Below, in pieces: positions 1-11,486 of a stretch of 64,000 bases of DNA. The translations under genes were made by a program, and so were the position numbers. A model generated the notes under the pieces. It searched no databases. It saw only the letters and a program-made list of their open reading frames with translations, and had not been told where the DNA came from. Source of the stretch: Octopus bimaculoides (lineage: Eukaryota); NCBI RefSeq assembly GCF_001194135.2, contig NC_068996.1, positions 53,353,504-53,417,503 of the forward strand, read 5' to 3'. Within the stretch, counting starts at the first letter, position 1. The number at the start of each line of letters is the position of its first letter.

Positions 1-150
1 GAAGGGCATCCAGCTGTAGAAACTCTGCCAAATTAGATTGGAGCCTGGTGTTGCCATCCGGTTTCACCAGTCCTCAGTCAAATCGTCCAACCCATGCTAG
101 CATGGAAAGCGGACGTTAAACGATGATGATGATGATGATGATGATGATGA
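1..150 (+). mobile_element. Young RTE-type 3' tail ending in (GAT)n (most abundant repeat in the window)
   Basis: gaagggcatccagctgtagaaac...ccaacccatgctagcatggaaagcggacgttaaacgatgatgat. Related copies at about 1580-1870(-), 4190-4330, 9240-9630(-), 12730-12910, 32370-32530, 33405-33545, 40635-40775(-) and 62690-62827(-). Confidence 0.8.
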
Positions 151-468
151 TATATATATATATATATGTGAGCTTCTTTCAATTTTCATTTACCAAATTC
201 AAATACAAGGCTTTGTTTTACCCATAGCTATTGTAGAAGACATTTATCCCAAGGTGTCACACAATAGGACTGAACTTAGAATCTTGTAGTTGGGAAGTAA
301 CCTTCTTACCACGCAGCCACACTTCAGAGAATGACCCAGTATGGCCACTGTTTTAGCAAGAAATATGTGTATAAGTGTAGTCAAGCAAAAATTCAGCACT
401 CTACACAACGCAAACTTTTTCCAACTATATAATGTATTTATTATAGCATTGAAGACTACATTTGGCAT

Positions 469-788
469 GTTCTATATTTTAGAGATGAGGAATTTAGTAC
501 ATTATTTACATTGGACAGATATGTGTCATCTTGTTTGTTGCTACCACAACGTTTTGGCTGATTTACTCTCCAGCCTTCATCAGGTGTCCTGGTGGAATTT
601 TGAACTCAGCCCTGGGTTCTCATCCTAAGGTATTTTTTGCTGATGTTATTATTATTACTATTATTATTTATTCAAGGCACTGCCTGGAATTGAACTCAGA
701 ATGTTGGGGTTAGAAGCTCATGCTCTTAACCATTACACTATATGTTGTGGCAACAACTTACAATATCTGTCCGGTGTAGATAATGTAA
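469..788 (-). mobile_element. tRNA-headed, hammerhead-bearing non-autonomous Penelope-like element (family H, copy 1)
   Basis: 12-bp direct repeat tacatttggcat at 457-468 and 789-800. Minus strand: A box TAGTGTAATGG and B box GAGTTCAATTCC (about 683-740), (AAT)n linker, hammerhead-like motif, 3' tail. Inverted tail-less end at about 760-788. Confidence 0.7.
545..587 (-). ncRNA. Minimal hammerhead ribozyme motif, core G12>A (likely inactive)
   Basis: ACAC-CUGAUGA-A-GGCUG(10 nt)CAGCC-AAAA-C-GUU-GUG. GAAA is mutated to AAAA. Confidence 0.65.
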
Positions 789-1457
789 TACATTTGGCAT
801 AACTGCAATTTGAATTCACATCCTTAAAATCAGTCGATATGTTAGCAATGGAGAGAGGTGGGGAGAGAAAGAGCAAAAAGTAAGAGAGAGGGAGTTGAGT
901 AGACAGAAAGTGAAAGAAAAAGGTAGAGAAAGACTAAAAATGACAAAAAAAATTTATGAAAAGCAGGAGGCGGTGTGGTAAAGATGGACATACACAGAAA
1001 CATTCTAGAATACAATCTCTCTCTCTATCTCTCCATATGCATAGTATATACCTCTCTCCCTCCTCTCTTTAATGCTATCTATTTCTCCTCTCTTGCTTTC
1101 TCTTACTCTCTCTCTATCATTACCTATTTCTCTTTGGCAAGTCAACAGTTTTAGCAAAAAACCTGATTAATACAAGATTCATGTCATATCAACTGATTTG
1201 TATTTAAGTGAGAATTAAAATTTATTCTAGCAATTTCCATTCTTCCTGAGTGTTAAACTAATACACCTGCTTGTTGTTCCTTCACTTGACTTTGTCTTTT
1301 GTTTTCGATAAATTTGAACTATATATTTATGTTCATGTGACAAACCCTCTTTTTTCAGAGCATTTTTCATAACAAATTTACTTCGTAGCAAATTGTAGTG
1401 TGAAGGACTATATTCATTCATGATTGTAATTCAAAATTGCTAGAATAAAATTTAAAT

Positions 1458-1530
<73 letters not shown>

Positions 1531-1534
1531 TTAT

Positions 1535-1568
<34 letters not shown>

Positions 1569-1875
1569 NNNNNNNNNNGTTTAACGTCCACTTTCCATGC
1601 TAGCATGGGTTGGACGATTTGACTGAGGACTGGTGAAACCAGATGGCGACACCAGCCTCCAATCTGATTTGGCAGTTTCTACAGCTGGATGCCCTTCCTA
1701 ACGCCAACCACTCAGAGAGTGTAGTGGGTGCTTTTATGTGTCACCCGCATGAAGGCCAGTCAGGCGGTACTGGCAACGGCCACGCTCAAAATGGTGTATT
1801 TTATGTGCCACCCACACAAGAGCCAGTCCAGGGGCACTGGCAACGATCTCGCTCGAAAATCCTTAGGCACAAATG

Positions 1876-2295
1876 TGGCTGTGTGGTAAGAAGCTTGCTT
1901 ACCAACCACATAGTTCCAGGTTCAGTCCCACTGTGTGGTACCTTGGGCAAGGGTCTTCTACTATAGCCTNNNNNNNNNNCTGTGTGGTACCTTGGGCAAG
2001 GGTCTTCTACTATAGCCTCAGGTTGACCAAAGCCTTGTAAGTGGATTTGGTAGACGGAAACTGAAAGAAGCTCGCCATATATATGTATGTATGTATGTAT
2101 GTATTTGTGCGTCTGTGTTTGTCCCCCACCATCACTTGACAACTGATGTTGGTGAGTTTACATCCCCGTAACTTAGTGGTTTAGCAAATGAGACCAATAA
2201 AATAAGTACTAGGCTTACAAAGAATAAGTCCTGGGGGTGGTTTTTTCAACTAAAGGCGGTGCTCCAGCATGGCCATAGTCAAATGACTGAAACAA
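1876..2295 (+). mobile_element. tRNA-derived SINE family A
   Basis: Head tggctgtgtggtaagaagcttgc..ggttcagtccc (A/B-box-like). Other copies at about 243-325(-), 3600-3840, 5230-5400(-), 7025-7170, 8861-9180(-), 13840-13995(-), 30060-30280, 31170-31320 and 31730-31850(-). Confidence 0.75.
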
Positions 2296-2379
2296 GTAAG
2301 AGAAAAAAAAAGAATAAAAGAATATATATATATACACATAAATATATATGTATGTGTCTGTGTGTGTGTATGTATATGG

Positions 2380-3125
2380 ACTGAAATGCCTGGTGATAAG
2401 AGGTTCTTGGAAAGACCCATCCAATTTATCAAATCTGAAAGAAATTTTTCATACACCCCACCCCAATAGACCAAACTATATCTCTTCTCTTCCTCACCAT
2501 TTTTTCTTTCTCATGCACTATGCTTATCTCTCCTTCCCCACTCCTGCAGCCCAATCCCGTCCTCACTGCCCTACCCACTGTATCATTACCATCCTGTTGA
2601 CCCCCACTCCTCTTTACGGTCATGTGAATTTTCTACTCCATATTCATGCCCCCTTCGCAATATTCTACCATCCCATTTATATTCTCCTCCCTGTACCTTG
2701 AGACTATCCTCTGGCACATCCCTACCATTTTTCTCTTTCTCTCTCTCTCTCTCTCTTGCACTCTTTTATTCTCTTTCTCATTCTTGACCACTCTATCTGT
2801 CTGTCTCTCTTTCTCTCTCTCACTTTCTCTCCCTCTGACTGGCATAACCACGTATCTCCTCTACAGTAAGACACATGTTTCTGTCCCTCCATCACAATCT
2901 AAACTCCGACCACCTGGCACAAGGCCGCCTCCTCCAACACCACCATCTCTAACAGTCTTTGTCTTGCAAGCTACTTGGTGACCGCATCAGTGCTGCTACC
3001 ACGCAAAGAGCATCCAATCATGCAATAAAGTGGTTGGTGTTTGTGAAGGGCAACCAGCTGTGCAAACAATAACAAAGCTGGTCTAGTGCTGCATATTAAC
3101 ACCCAGGCCCATCTGTAAAATGGTT
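2380..3125 (+). mobile_element. RTE long-3'-UTR subfamily copy
   Basis: Same blocks as the reverse complement of 60620-61600 (ccaaactatatctc..., acacctgtt..., ctttgtcttgcaag). Further partial copies at about 3200-3570, 16060-16640, 18480-18890, 26490-26620 and 57310-58120. Confidence 0.65.
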
Positions 3126-3863
3126 GGCATTAGGAAGGGCTCTGTCTCCCCACCTCTCTCTATCTTTCTCTCTCTTTCTCTCTCTTTCTCCCTCTCTCTC
3201 TTTCTCCCTCTCTCTTTCTCCACCTTCTCTCTCTGACCAGGTAACCATGTACCTCCTCTACAACAACACACCTGTTTGTCCCTCTGTCACACTCTAACCT
3301 TTTATTATCTGGCACAAGATCACCTCCCCCAATGCCCCTCCCCTCTCAAAGGAACTTTGTCTTGCAAGTTATTTGGTGACTTTGCAAGTGCTGATGCATC
3401 CAGTCCACTTTGTAAGGAGGTTGGTGTTAGGAAGGGCATCCAGCCATAGAAACCCTGCCAAAACAGACACTGAAGCCTGGTGCAGGCTTCTGCCTGGCCA
3501 CCTCCTGTCAAACTGTCCAATCCATGCCACCATGGAAGGTGGATGTCAAACGATGATGATGATGATGATATATATATGCATATAAACACAGATGTAAGCA
3601 TGGCTGTGTAGTAAGAAGTTTGCTTCCCAACCACATGGTTCTGAGATCAGTCTCACTGCATAGCATCTTGAGCAAGTGAGTGGATTTGGTAGATGAAAAC
3701 TGAAGGAAGCCCATCATGTGTGTGCGTGTCTTCGTGTATGTTTGCATCCCTGTGACTTAGCAGTCTGACAAAAGATTAATGGAATAAGTATCAGGCTTTA
3801 CAAAAAAATAATAAGTACCAGGGTTGATTTGTTCAACTACACTTCTCCAAGATAAAAGATAGA

Positions 3864-3929
<66 letters not shown>

Positions 3930-4115
3930 ATATGTATATATATCAGTCGAATAAAGTTAAAACATGGTCTGGTTTTCCCGTTTTTTATTATAGTATTTTA
4001 ACATTAAAAAAATATTTTGTAATGTTCATAAAATTCAGTTATTGCTTTCATACATTCGTAGTAATCATCAGATTTCAAAATGTATTTAACCAACAGTAGA
4101 GTTCTTGACAACAAT

Positions 4116-4161
<46 letters not shown>

Positions 4162-4330
4162 GCGCACGCACGCACACACACACACACACATTGGTGTTCG
4201 GAAAGGCTTCCAGCTGTAGAAATCTTGCTAGATCAGATTTTGGCTTGCCAGCCCTAGTCAGACCGTTCAACCCATGCCAGCATGGGAAGTAGATGTTAAA
4301 TGACAATGGATGATGATGATGATGATGATG

Positions 4331-4361
<31 letters not shown>

Positions 4362-5870
4362 CAAGGATATAAAATCCTCTTAAATCCTCATACAAAAATA
4401 GTACATATATGTGTGTGTGTGTGTGTGTGTATACACACACACATACACAATAGGTTTCTTTGGAATGAGATGATTGGCCACACAACTGTTCGGTCAGTGG
4501 TGATTAAGTGAGATTTGATATGGCAGCCTGGATATTGCGCCTGTTTTGGCTATGACTTTTTTGGCGACTAGTTTTTGGCATAGCAGACAAACACATACAT
4601 GCACAAATATACACATTGTATGGGAGGGGGAGAGAGGGAGAGATTACAGTTTATTAATTGAACAGAACTGACATTAAAACTTTCTCTCCCCTTCTACATA
4701 TAAAGAGAAATAGGTGTACAGAGAGAGGAAAGAAGAGGAAGAGTACAAGAGAAACATTAAAATGTATAAAATGTCTCCCATTGCTACAAATCTCACTTCA
4801 CCTCTTCTCATATGTATAAAGGAAAAAAGCGTAAACATTAACAGAGTGAGAGAGAGAGGTTTGCGGCAATGGAAGTCATATAATACTTCTTATATTTCTC
4901 TCTCTTTCTCTCTCTCTCTCTCTGATTTTTCTTCTCACAAAAAATTTAAATTCACAGTCAGCTCTACTTTGTCAAAGATATACAGAAGTCCATTTTGAGA
5001 AAGTTTTTCCTTTCCATATTTCATCAATATTTCACCAGCCATCACATACATAAAGTGAAGCAGAAAGCTAAGCAAAGTTTAGTAGTCTAGTAATTGAGAT
5101 TACAAGTTAGGTGTCAACTAGACTAAAAAATGAAAATTTTCACAATGCCTAAAGATTCCAAGAGTAAAACATTTGATGCCAACTCAGCATTGAATCAGAA
5201 ATGCCAAATAAGCAGCACCAAAATGCATGTGTCAAAATGACTCACTGGTTTCTTTCAGTTTTCATGTACTAAATCTGCTCACAAGACTTTGGTTGACATC
5301 AAGGCTATACTGGAAGATACATGCCCAAGGTACCATGCAGTGGGACAGAACCTAGAGCCACATGATTGGGAAGCAAGTTTCTTAACCACAGATCTACACC
5401 TGCACTTTATTACAAAATGATCATCGCTTCTAATATAGGCAGAAGGCCTGAAATTTGAGGAGAGGCTCCAATACTTGACTGGTACTTAATTTATCAAGTC
5501 CAAAAGGAGGAAAGGCAAAGCTGATCCCAGAGGAATTTGAATTCAGAATGTAAAGTCAGACAAAATGCCATATAAAGTATTTTGTCTGGTGTGCTAACGA
5601 TTCTGTTACTTGCCAGCTTACTTTATTACAAAGTAGTGCAAAAATGCAAATAACAATGTATGTGTGTTTCTAATACCTTGTAATACCTCACAATGATTCT
5701 ATAAAAAAAAAAAAATTAATGGGAGAATGCTATACTTCCATACAGTTTCCCTCTGATGAATTTCACTCACAAGACATTGGCAAATTCAACACTCTACAAC
5801 ATGAAGTGGAATGGAACCTGAAATCATGCAGTTACAAAACAAACTTCATAAATACATTTCTATGCCTTGG

Positions 5871-6430
5871 CTATAAAAGGTGTTCAGGCTAAAGTTGACA
5901 GTTTGCAGAAAAGGGGTGGGGTGGGGGGAAACCTAATACCCCATCCCAAAATAAGATTATTTAAAAAAATCAAAAATTATCAACTAGATTATGGTTTGGA
6001 AATAATAGTTTACTCAAAGTAGCTGCCCTCAGCTTCCACCATGACCTCAAGACAGCTCTGGAACCTGGTGCATATATTTCTCACTGTGTCTCAGGGAAGA
6101 TCTTTGAATACCTTGATCTTGGCCACTGGCTCAGACTTGGTGTTACAAGCAGAGCAGTTGGTGTCTTTGTCAACTGTGCCCCACATATAGTAATCCATGG
6201 GATTATAATCAGGGCAATTAGGAGCCAGAAATTGGGGATGGTGAAGCTGTAGAAAGTTTCCAACGACCACTTCTGACTCTTTCCGGAGATATGGCAAGGA
6301 GCTGAATCCTGCTAGCACATGTTATGACCTTCCAGCAGGAACTCTCTCTGGCCTGGGATTGATCACATTCTCCAGCAGCTTCACTGAGCTGCCTGAATTG
6401 AGTATCAGGTGCTATTCAAAGAAGTGGGGG
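5871..6430 (-). mobile_element. Degenerate Tc1/mariner (DD37D/maT-like) transposase 3' part
   Basis: Minus-strand frames give QQDSAPCH, PNCPDYNPMDYYMWG and RFQSCLEVMVEAEGSYFE, with frameshifts. TIR-like tataaaaggtgttcagg at about 5871. Confidence 0.75.
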
Positions 6431-7802
6431 TGAATTCTGGAGTGTGGACACAATAAGAATGCCTGTTATATACATTTTTAAAGAGCGTGAGAGAGAGTGG
6501 GGAAGCAGGGGAAGGAAGAGAGAGAGACACACACACACAAACAGATGGACAGATAGACAAACAGACCAATCATTTAATTACAAATAACATAATGAAGCAA
6601 AGAGTGACAAACAAATGAAAACATGTAATTGGAAAAGCATAGAAGTATAAAGCAGAAGAAAAAACAAACAAAGAAATGTACAACGAAGATAATTATATCA
6701 AAAAAAGAAATGGAAGAGAATTTAACATTTCAGTTGATACCGTTTTCTATAAAGATGATACTTTTATCAAAATTAAAAAAGGGGTTGAAATGCAATACTG
6801 ACCCTGAAAATAATTGAACTTAGAATGTGACAGAACATAAATAAAATACTTGTGATACAAATTACAAATTACATTATTATTAGTCTCATTATTATTGTTT
6901 CTTTTATTTGCCACTGAGGCAATAATGAGAGGAATAACATGATGAGCATAACGTGTAGGGCTACATGAAAAATTGAACTCACAAAATGCTCGAACTATAT
7001 GTATAGCTGTGGCTAAAAGTACAGGTGTGGCTGTGTGATAAGAAGCTTGCTTCCCAACCACATGGCTCTGGGTTCAGTCCCACTATGAAGTGCCTTGGGC
7101 AAGTGTCTTCTACTATAACTCTGGGACAACTAAATCCTTATTAGTAGATTTTGCAGAAATAGACTGAGAGTCATGTTGTAGAATTTCTATATTTCTGTCT
7201 TGACATAAAATTCCTGTTTATTTTTTATTCTTTCATTATCTATTGACGTCATCAAAAATTAAATACTAAACTGGTTTTTCTTAGGATATTATATTTCTTC
7301 TTAACATTCTTTTTGTAGGCATTCATCTATTAGAGATATTTTCTTAGTTCACTTTGAATTTAACTAATTTCAGATTGCCTTGATAACGCTGTGTTAGCAA
7401 ATACTTTCAGATATATTAATTCAACTGGTATTTTATACATTTTTCTGTGTCTAAATATGCTGGCATAATAGAAACAATCATTAATTATGTATGGTTTAAT
7501 CACCAATTAAAGATGTGATTTTCTCCATTCTTATTCTTGTTGTCTTATACTCTGAGTTTCTTGAAAATCTTCTAAGTGATATTTGGATTAACCTGTCATA
7601 CGTGACAAATTACTTTCAATGTTTATTGTACTTGTATTTATTGGTATCTCATTGTTTTATGTAGTTAAACAAGTTTGTTTAATACTGAGGGCTTTATTGA
7701 TATCTGTCTGGATTTATTAATCCTTTTTACTTATCATGTGTTTATTTTACTTATTGCAAGTGCTACTGGATTACTTAAATCTATATATTGTGACTTAATA
7801 TA

Positions 7803-8016
7803 CGTTATTTACATTATTTACATTGAACGGATAAAAAAAATGTTTTTTTTTAAACACCTTAGGAATGAGAAGCCAGGGCTTGGTTCAAAATTCTACCAGG
7901 ACACCTGATGAAGGCAGGAGAGTAAATCAGCCGAAATGTTGTGCTAACAACAAACAAGATGAAGACACAAATGTAAATAATGTACAGAATTCCTCATCTC
8001 TAAAATATAGAACTGT
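7803..8016 (+). mobile_element. Family H copy 2 (no tRNA head)
   Basis: Inverted tail-less arm at about 7803-7833, body, hammerhead and 32-nt tail ending gaactgt. Flanks tgtgacttaatata (7789-7802) and tgtgactttatata (8014-8027) match at 13/14. Confidence 0.7.
7901..7943 (+). ncRNA. Minimal hammerhead ribozyme motif with intact CUGAUGA and GAAA core
   Basis: ACAC-CUGAUGA-A-GGCAG...CAGCC-GAAA-U-GUU-GUG. Stem II has one mismatch. Stem III is near-palindromic (AAUGUU; consensus AACGUU). Confidence 0.65.
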
Positions 8017-9737
8017 GACTTTATATATANNNNNNNNNNNNNNNNNNNNNNNNNNNNNNNNNNNNNNNNNNNNNNNNNNNNNNNNNNNNNNNNNNNNNNN
8101 NNNNNNNNNNNNNNNNNNNNNNNNNNNNNNNNNNNNNNNNNNNNNNNNNNNNNNNNNNNNNNNNNNNNNNNNNNNNNNNNNNNNNNNNNNNNNNNNNNNN
8201 NNNNNNNNNNNNNNNNNNNNNNNNNNNNNNNNNNNNNNNNNNNNNNNNNNNNNNNNNNNNNNNNNNNNNNNNNNNNNNNNNNNNNNNNNNNNNNNNNNNN
8301 NNNNNNNNNNNNNNNNNNNNNNNNNNNNNNNNNNNNNNNNNNNNNNNNNNNNNNNNNNNNNNNNNNNNNNNNNNNNNNNNNNNNNNNNNNNNNNNNNNNN
8401 NNNNNNNNNNNNNNNNNNNNNNNNNNNNNNNNNNNNNNNNNNNNNNNNNNNNNNNNNNNNNNNNNNNNNNNNNNNNNNNNNNNNNNNNNNNNNNNNNNNN
8501 NNNNNNNNNNNNNNNNNNNNNNNNNNNNNNNNNNNNNNNNNNNNNNNNNNNNNNNNNNNNNNNNNNNNNNNNNNNNNNNNNNNNNNNNNNNNNNNNNNNN
8601 NNNNNNNNNNNNNNNNNNNNNNNNNNNNNNNNNNNNNNNNNNNNNNNNNNNNNNNNNNNNNNNNNNNNNNNNNNNNNNNNNNNNNNNNNNNNNNNNNNNN
8701 NNNNNNNNNNNNNNNNNNNNNNNNNNNNNNNNNNNNNNNNNNNNNNNNNNNNNNNNNNNNNNNNNNNNNNNNNNNNNNNNNNNNNNNNNNNNNNNNNNNN
8801 NNNNNNNNNNNNNNNNNNNNNNNNNNNNNNNNNNNNNNNNNNNNNNNNNNNNNNNNNNNNACTTATTCTATCATTCTCTTTTGCTGAACCGCTAAGTTAC
8901 AGGGAAATAAACACACCAACATCAGTTGTCAAGTGAGGGTGTGGAGACAAACACAAACACACAAATACACACACACACACACACACACGCACATGCACAC
9001 ACACACACACACGCACACACACACACACATACACACACACACACAAATATGATGGGCTGCTTTCAGTTTCCATCTACCAAATCCACTCACAAGGCTTTGG
9101 TCAGCCCAAGGTTGTAGTAGAAGACACTTGCTCCAAGGTGCCATGTGGTTGGTAAGCAAGCTACATACCATACAGCCACTCTTTGTGTATATGTTTGTCT
9201 GTGTACATGTATGTGTGTATATATATATATATATCATCATCATCATCATCGTTTAACATCTGTTTTACATGCTGTTATGGGTTGAACGGTTTGAGTGAAG
9301 TCTGGAGAGCCAGCAGCTGCACCAGGCTCCAATCTGATCTGGAAATGTTTCTGCAGCTGGATGCCCTTCCTAACGCCAACCACTCTGAGAATGTAGTGGG
9401 TGCTTTTTACATGCCACCGGCACAGGAGCCAATCAGGCGGGCTTGTTATTGATCGCATTTGGGTAGTGCTTTTCATGTGCCACCGGCATAGGAGCCACTC
9501 AGTGGGTACTGGCACTGGCCATGTTTGGATGGTGCTTTTTACATACCACCATCTTGGGAGCCAGTCAGGTGACCCTGGCATCGAACACATTTCAAACACA
9601 TTTGGATAGCGCTTTTTATGTGCCATATATTCATTTGAATTAGGTACTTAAGTTGAAGCACCAAGTCAGTCTGGTATTATCTGCACAGCTCAAAGTAAGG
9701 TGAATAAAATCAAAATAAGTAACAGAATGACAATCAT

Positions 9738-9860
9738 TTACATTATTTAAATTTGATGGATATTTATCCTCATCTTGTTTGTTGTTAACACGTTTCGGCT
9801 GATATACCCTCCAGCCTTCAATAGGTGTCTTGGTGAAATTTCAAGGTATTTCTCAATGTT
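9738..9860 (-). mobile_element. Family H copy 3, tail-less, with degraded hammerhead
   Basis: Starts at the same ttacattattt breakpoint as the inverted arms of other copies. Core reads CUAUUGA and the cleavage triplet is deleted. Confidence 0.65.
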
Positions 9861-9939
9861 ATTGTTGTTGTTGTTGTTGTTGTTTTTGTTGTTGTTTTTG
9901 TTGTTGCTGTTGTTGTTGTTGTTGTTGTTGTTGCTGCTG

Positions 9940-9970
<31 letters not shown>

Positions 9971-9990
9971 AGTGTCAGCGGCAGCGATGG

Positions 9991-10027
<37 letters not shown>
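9858..10027. repeat. Compound microsatellite (TTG)n(CTG)n(GAT)n
   Basis: Directly visible. Other long tracts: (ATCT)n 1460-1530, (TA)n 20287-20356, (ATT)n/(TTG)n 41570-41665, (ACT)n 42510-42550. Confidence 0.95.
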
Positions 10028-10028
<1 letters not shown>

Positions 10029-10348
10029 CTTTACAATGCAATGAACATGTGTCCACCAAGATATCTTAACTAAACAGTTAAGTACACCTGTTAATGCAGC
10101 CCAGAAAGTTATGTTTCATATGTTTGTGAGTTATGTGTGTGTACGTGCGTATGTTTATTCTACCATCAGAACACTCAAAGGTAGATCAGGACAGAATGTG
10201 AGATGCTGATACAGAGAGGATATGAGCCGTGTACAAGAAGTAAAATGGGAGCCTCAGCCAAACTTACCATGGGCAAAGAACATAAGGACAAACTCTTCTT
10301 TCCACCGTTTATTTTAATCTTTATTTTTTCAACAACAGTTTTAACAAC

Positions 10349-11486
10349 TCAGCCAATAATATATTCTCCTTCATTCTTCATGACTTTTTGCCAATGTTCC
10401 ACTAGCTTATCAGTATCTTGACAGAAGGAATTACTGGGTCATGACTCAAAGAATTGATGAAGTCATGTTTTCAGTTCCATGTTATTGTTGATTGAAATGT
10501 CTTACAATTTGTTGAGGAATGTCTGAAAAATATGGTAATCTGAAAGTGCTATATTAAGAAGATACTGTGAGTGTAGTGGCGTTCTTGAATAGCATTTTTT
10601 GTCAAATTAGTAACAAGCATTGTCATACAGTTCTATATTTAAGAGATGAGGAATTATGTACATTATTTACATTATTTACATTTGACGGATATTTGTCCTC
10701 CTCTTGTTTGTTGTTAACTAGCTTATCAATACCTTGAGAGGAGGAGTTGTTTATTGTTAAGAAACAAGATGAGGACAAATATCTGTCAAATGTAAATAAT
10801 GTAAAAGCATTGTCATGTTGAAGAAGCATGCAATGTTGCAGGTTGGGTCATTTCAGCTGGATTACTTATTGAATAAAGGTGATAGGTAGTGGTATCATGA
10901 AAGCATCCCATCTACTGAGCCATTTCTTTAATGGATTGGTACGGGTCCACGTGGATGAAATGATTCGATCCATTCTCATCGAACTGGACAGGTCAGTCAT
11001 AATGCGGAGAGTCTGTGAGTTTGAATTTCCTCTTCATGAAACATGGAAACCATTCCAGTGCAGATCTTTCAGTTATCTATCTATCTAGGTCATCCCACAG
11101 GACACCCCTAATATTCCTAGGACCACATGGAGCAGTGCCCTGTGACTCCTATGTGCAACTGAAACCCCCTATAACCCCTCTCAGTTATAATACCCTCTTT
11201 ATACACGACACAGATGTCATGAGTGGCTTTGGTGATTTTGGAACCGAGACTGTAAACGTAGAGATGCAGGTGTTGAAAAGATTCTTCTTGGCACTCCATC
11301 ATCATCGTCTCAAAAGATATGAAATGAATTCAAATTTCAAAGATGATAAACAAAAATTGCAGGGGAAAAAATAGAGCTACAAAAAAGAAAAAAGATAGAA
11401 ACATAAAGCACAACAATAAAAATATTTTTCATGTTAATTCAATTAACATTTGGAAGAAACGAATGAATTTATTTGGCAACCCAATA
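10349..11486 (-). mobile_element. Degenerate mariner (DD34D-like) transposon, internally deleted and interrupted
   Basis: WFPCFMKRKFKLTDSP...DPYQSIKEMAQ (HTH region), LLQHDNA, DYHIFQ..KLVEHWQKVMKNEGEYII C-terminus. TIR-like tattgggttgccaaataaattc at 11461-11486. Confidence 0.8.
10627..10804 (-). mobile_element. Family H copy 4 (hairpin form) inserted in a mariner transposase
   Basis: 12-bp TSD aagcattgtcat at 10615-10626 and 10805-10816. Inverted arms of about 50 bp (10668-10718 / 10756-10803). 32-nt tail on one side only. Confidence 0.8.

Noticed and set aside
683-745. tRNA gene calls for A/B-box sequences (also 1876, 26625, 41130-41195, 56615)
   Set aside because: No complete cloverleaf, and each is fused to a repeat body, so they are SINE heads.
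4940-5045. Short minus-strand ORF MAGEILMKYGKEKLSQNGLLYIFDKVEL
   Set aside because: No good splice sites and no recognisable homology.
7865-8887. Long ORFs in the ORF track (340, 326, 225, 207 aa etc.)
   Set aside because: They read through N runs and are not real coding sequence.
9775-10069. Poly-Leu/poly-Cys/poly-Asp and similar low-complexity ORFs
   Set aside because: They are translations of microsatellites, as are the HTHT, YIYI, VCVC and MMMM ORFs throughout.
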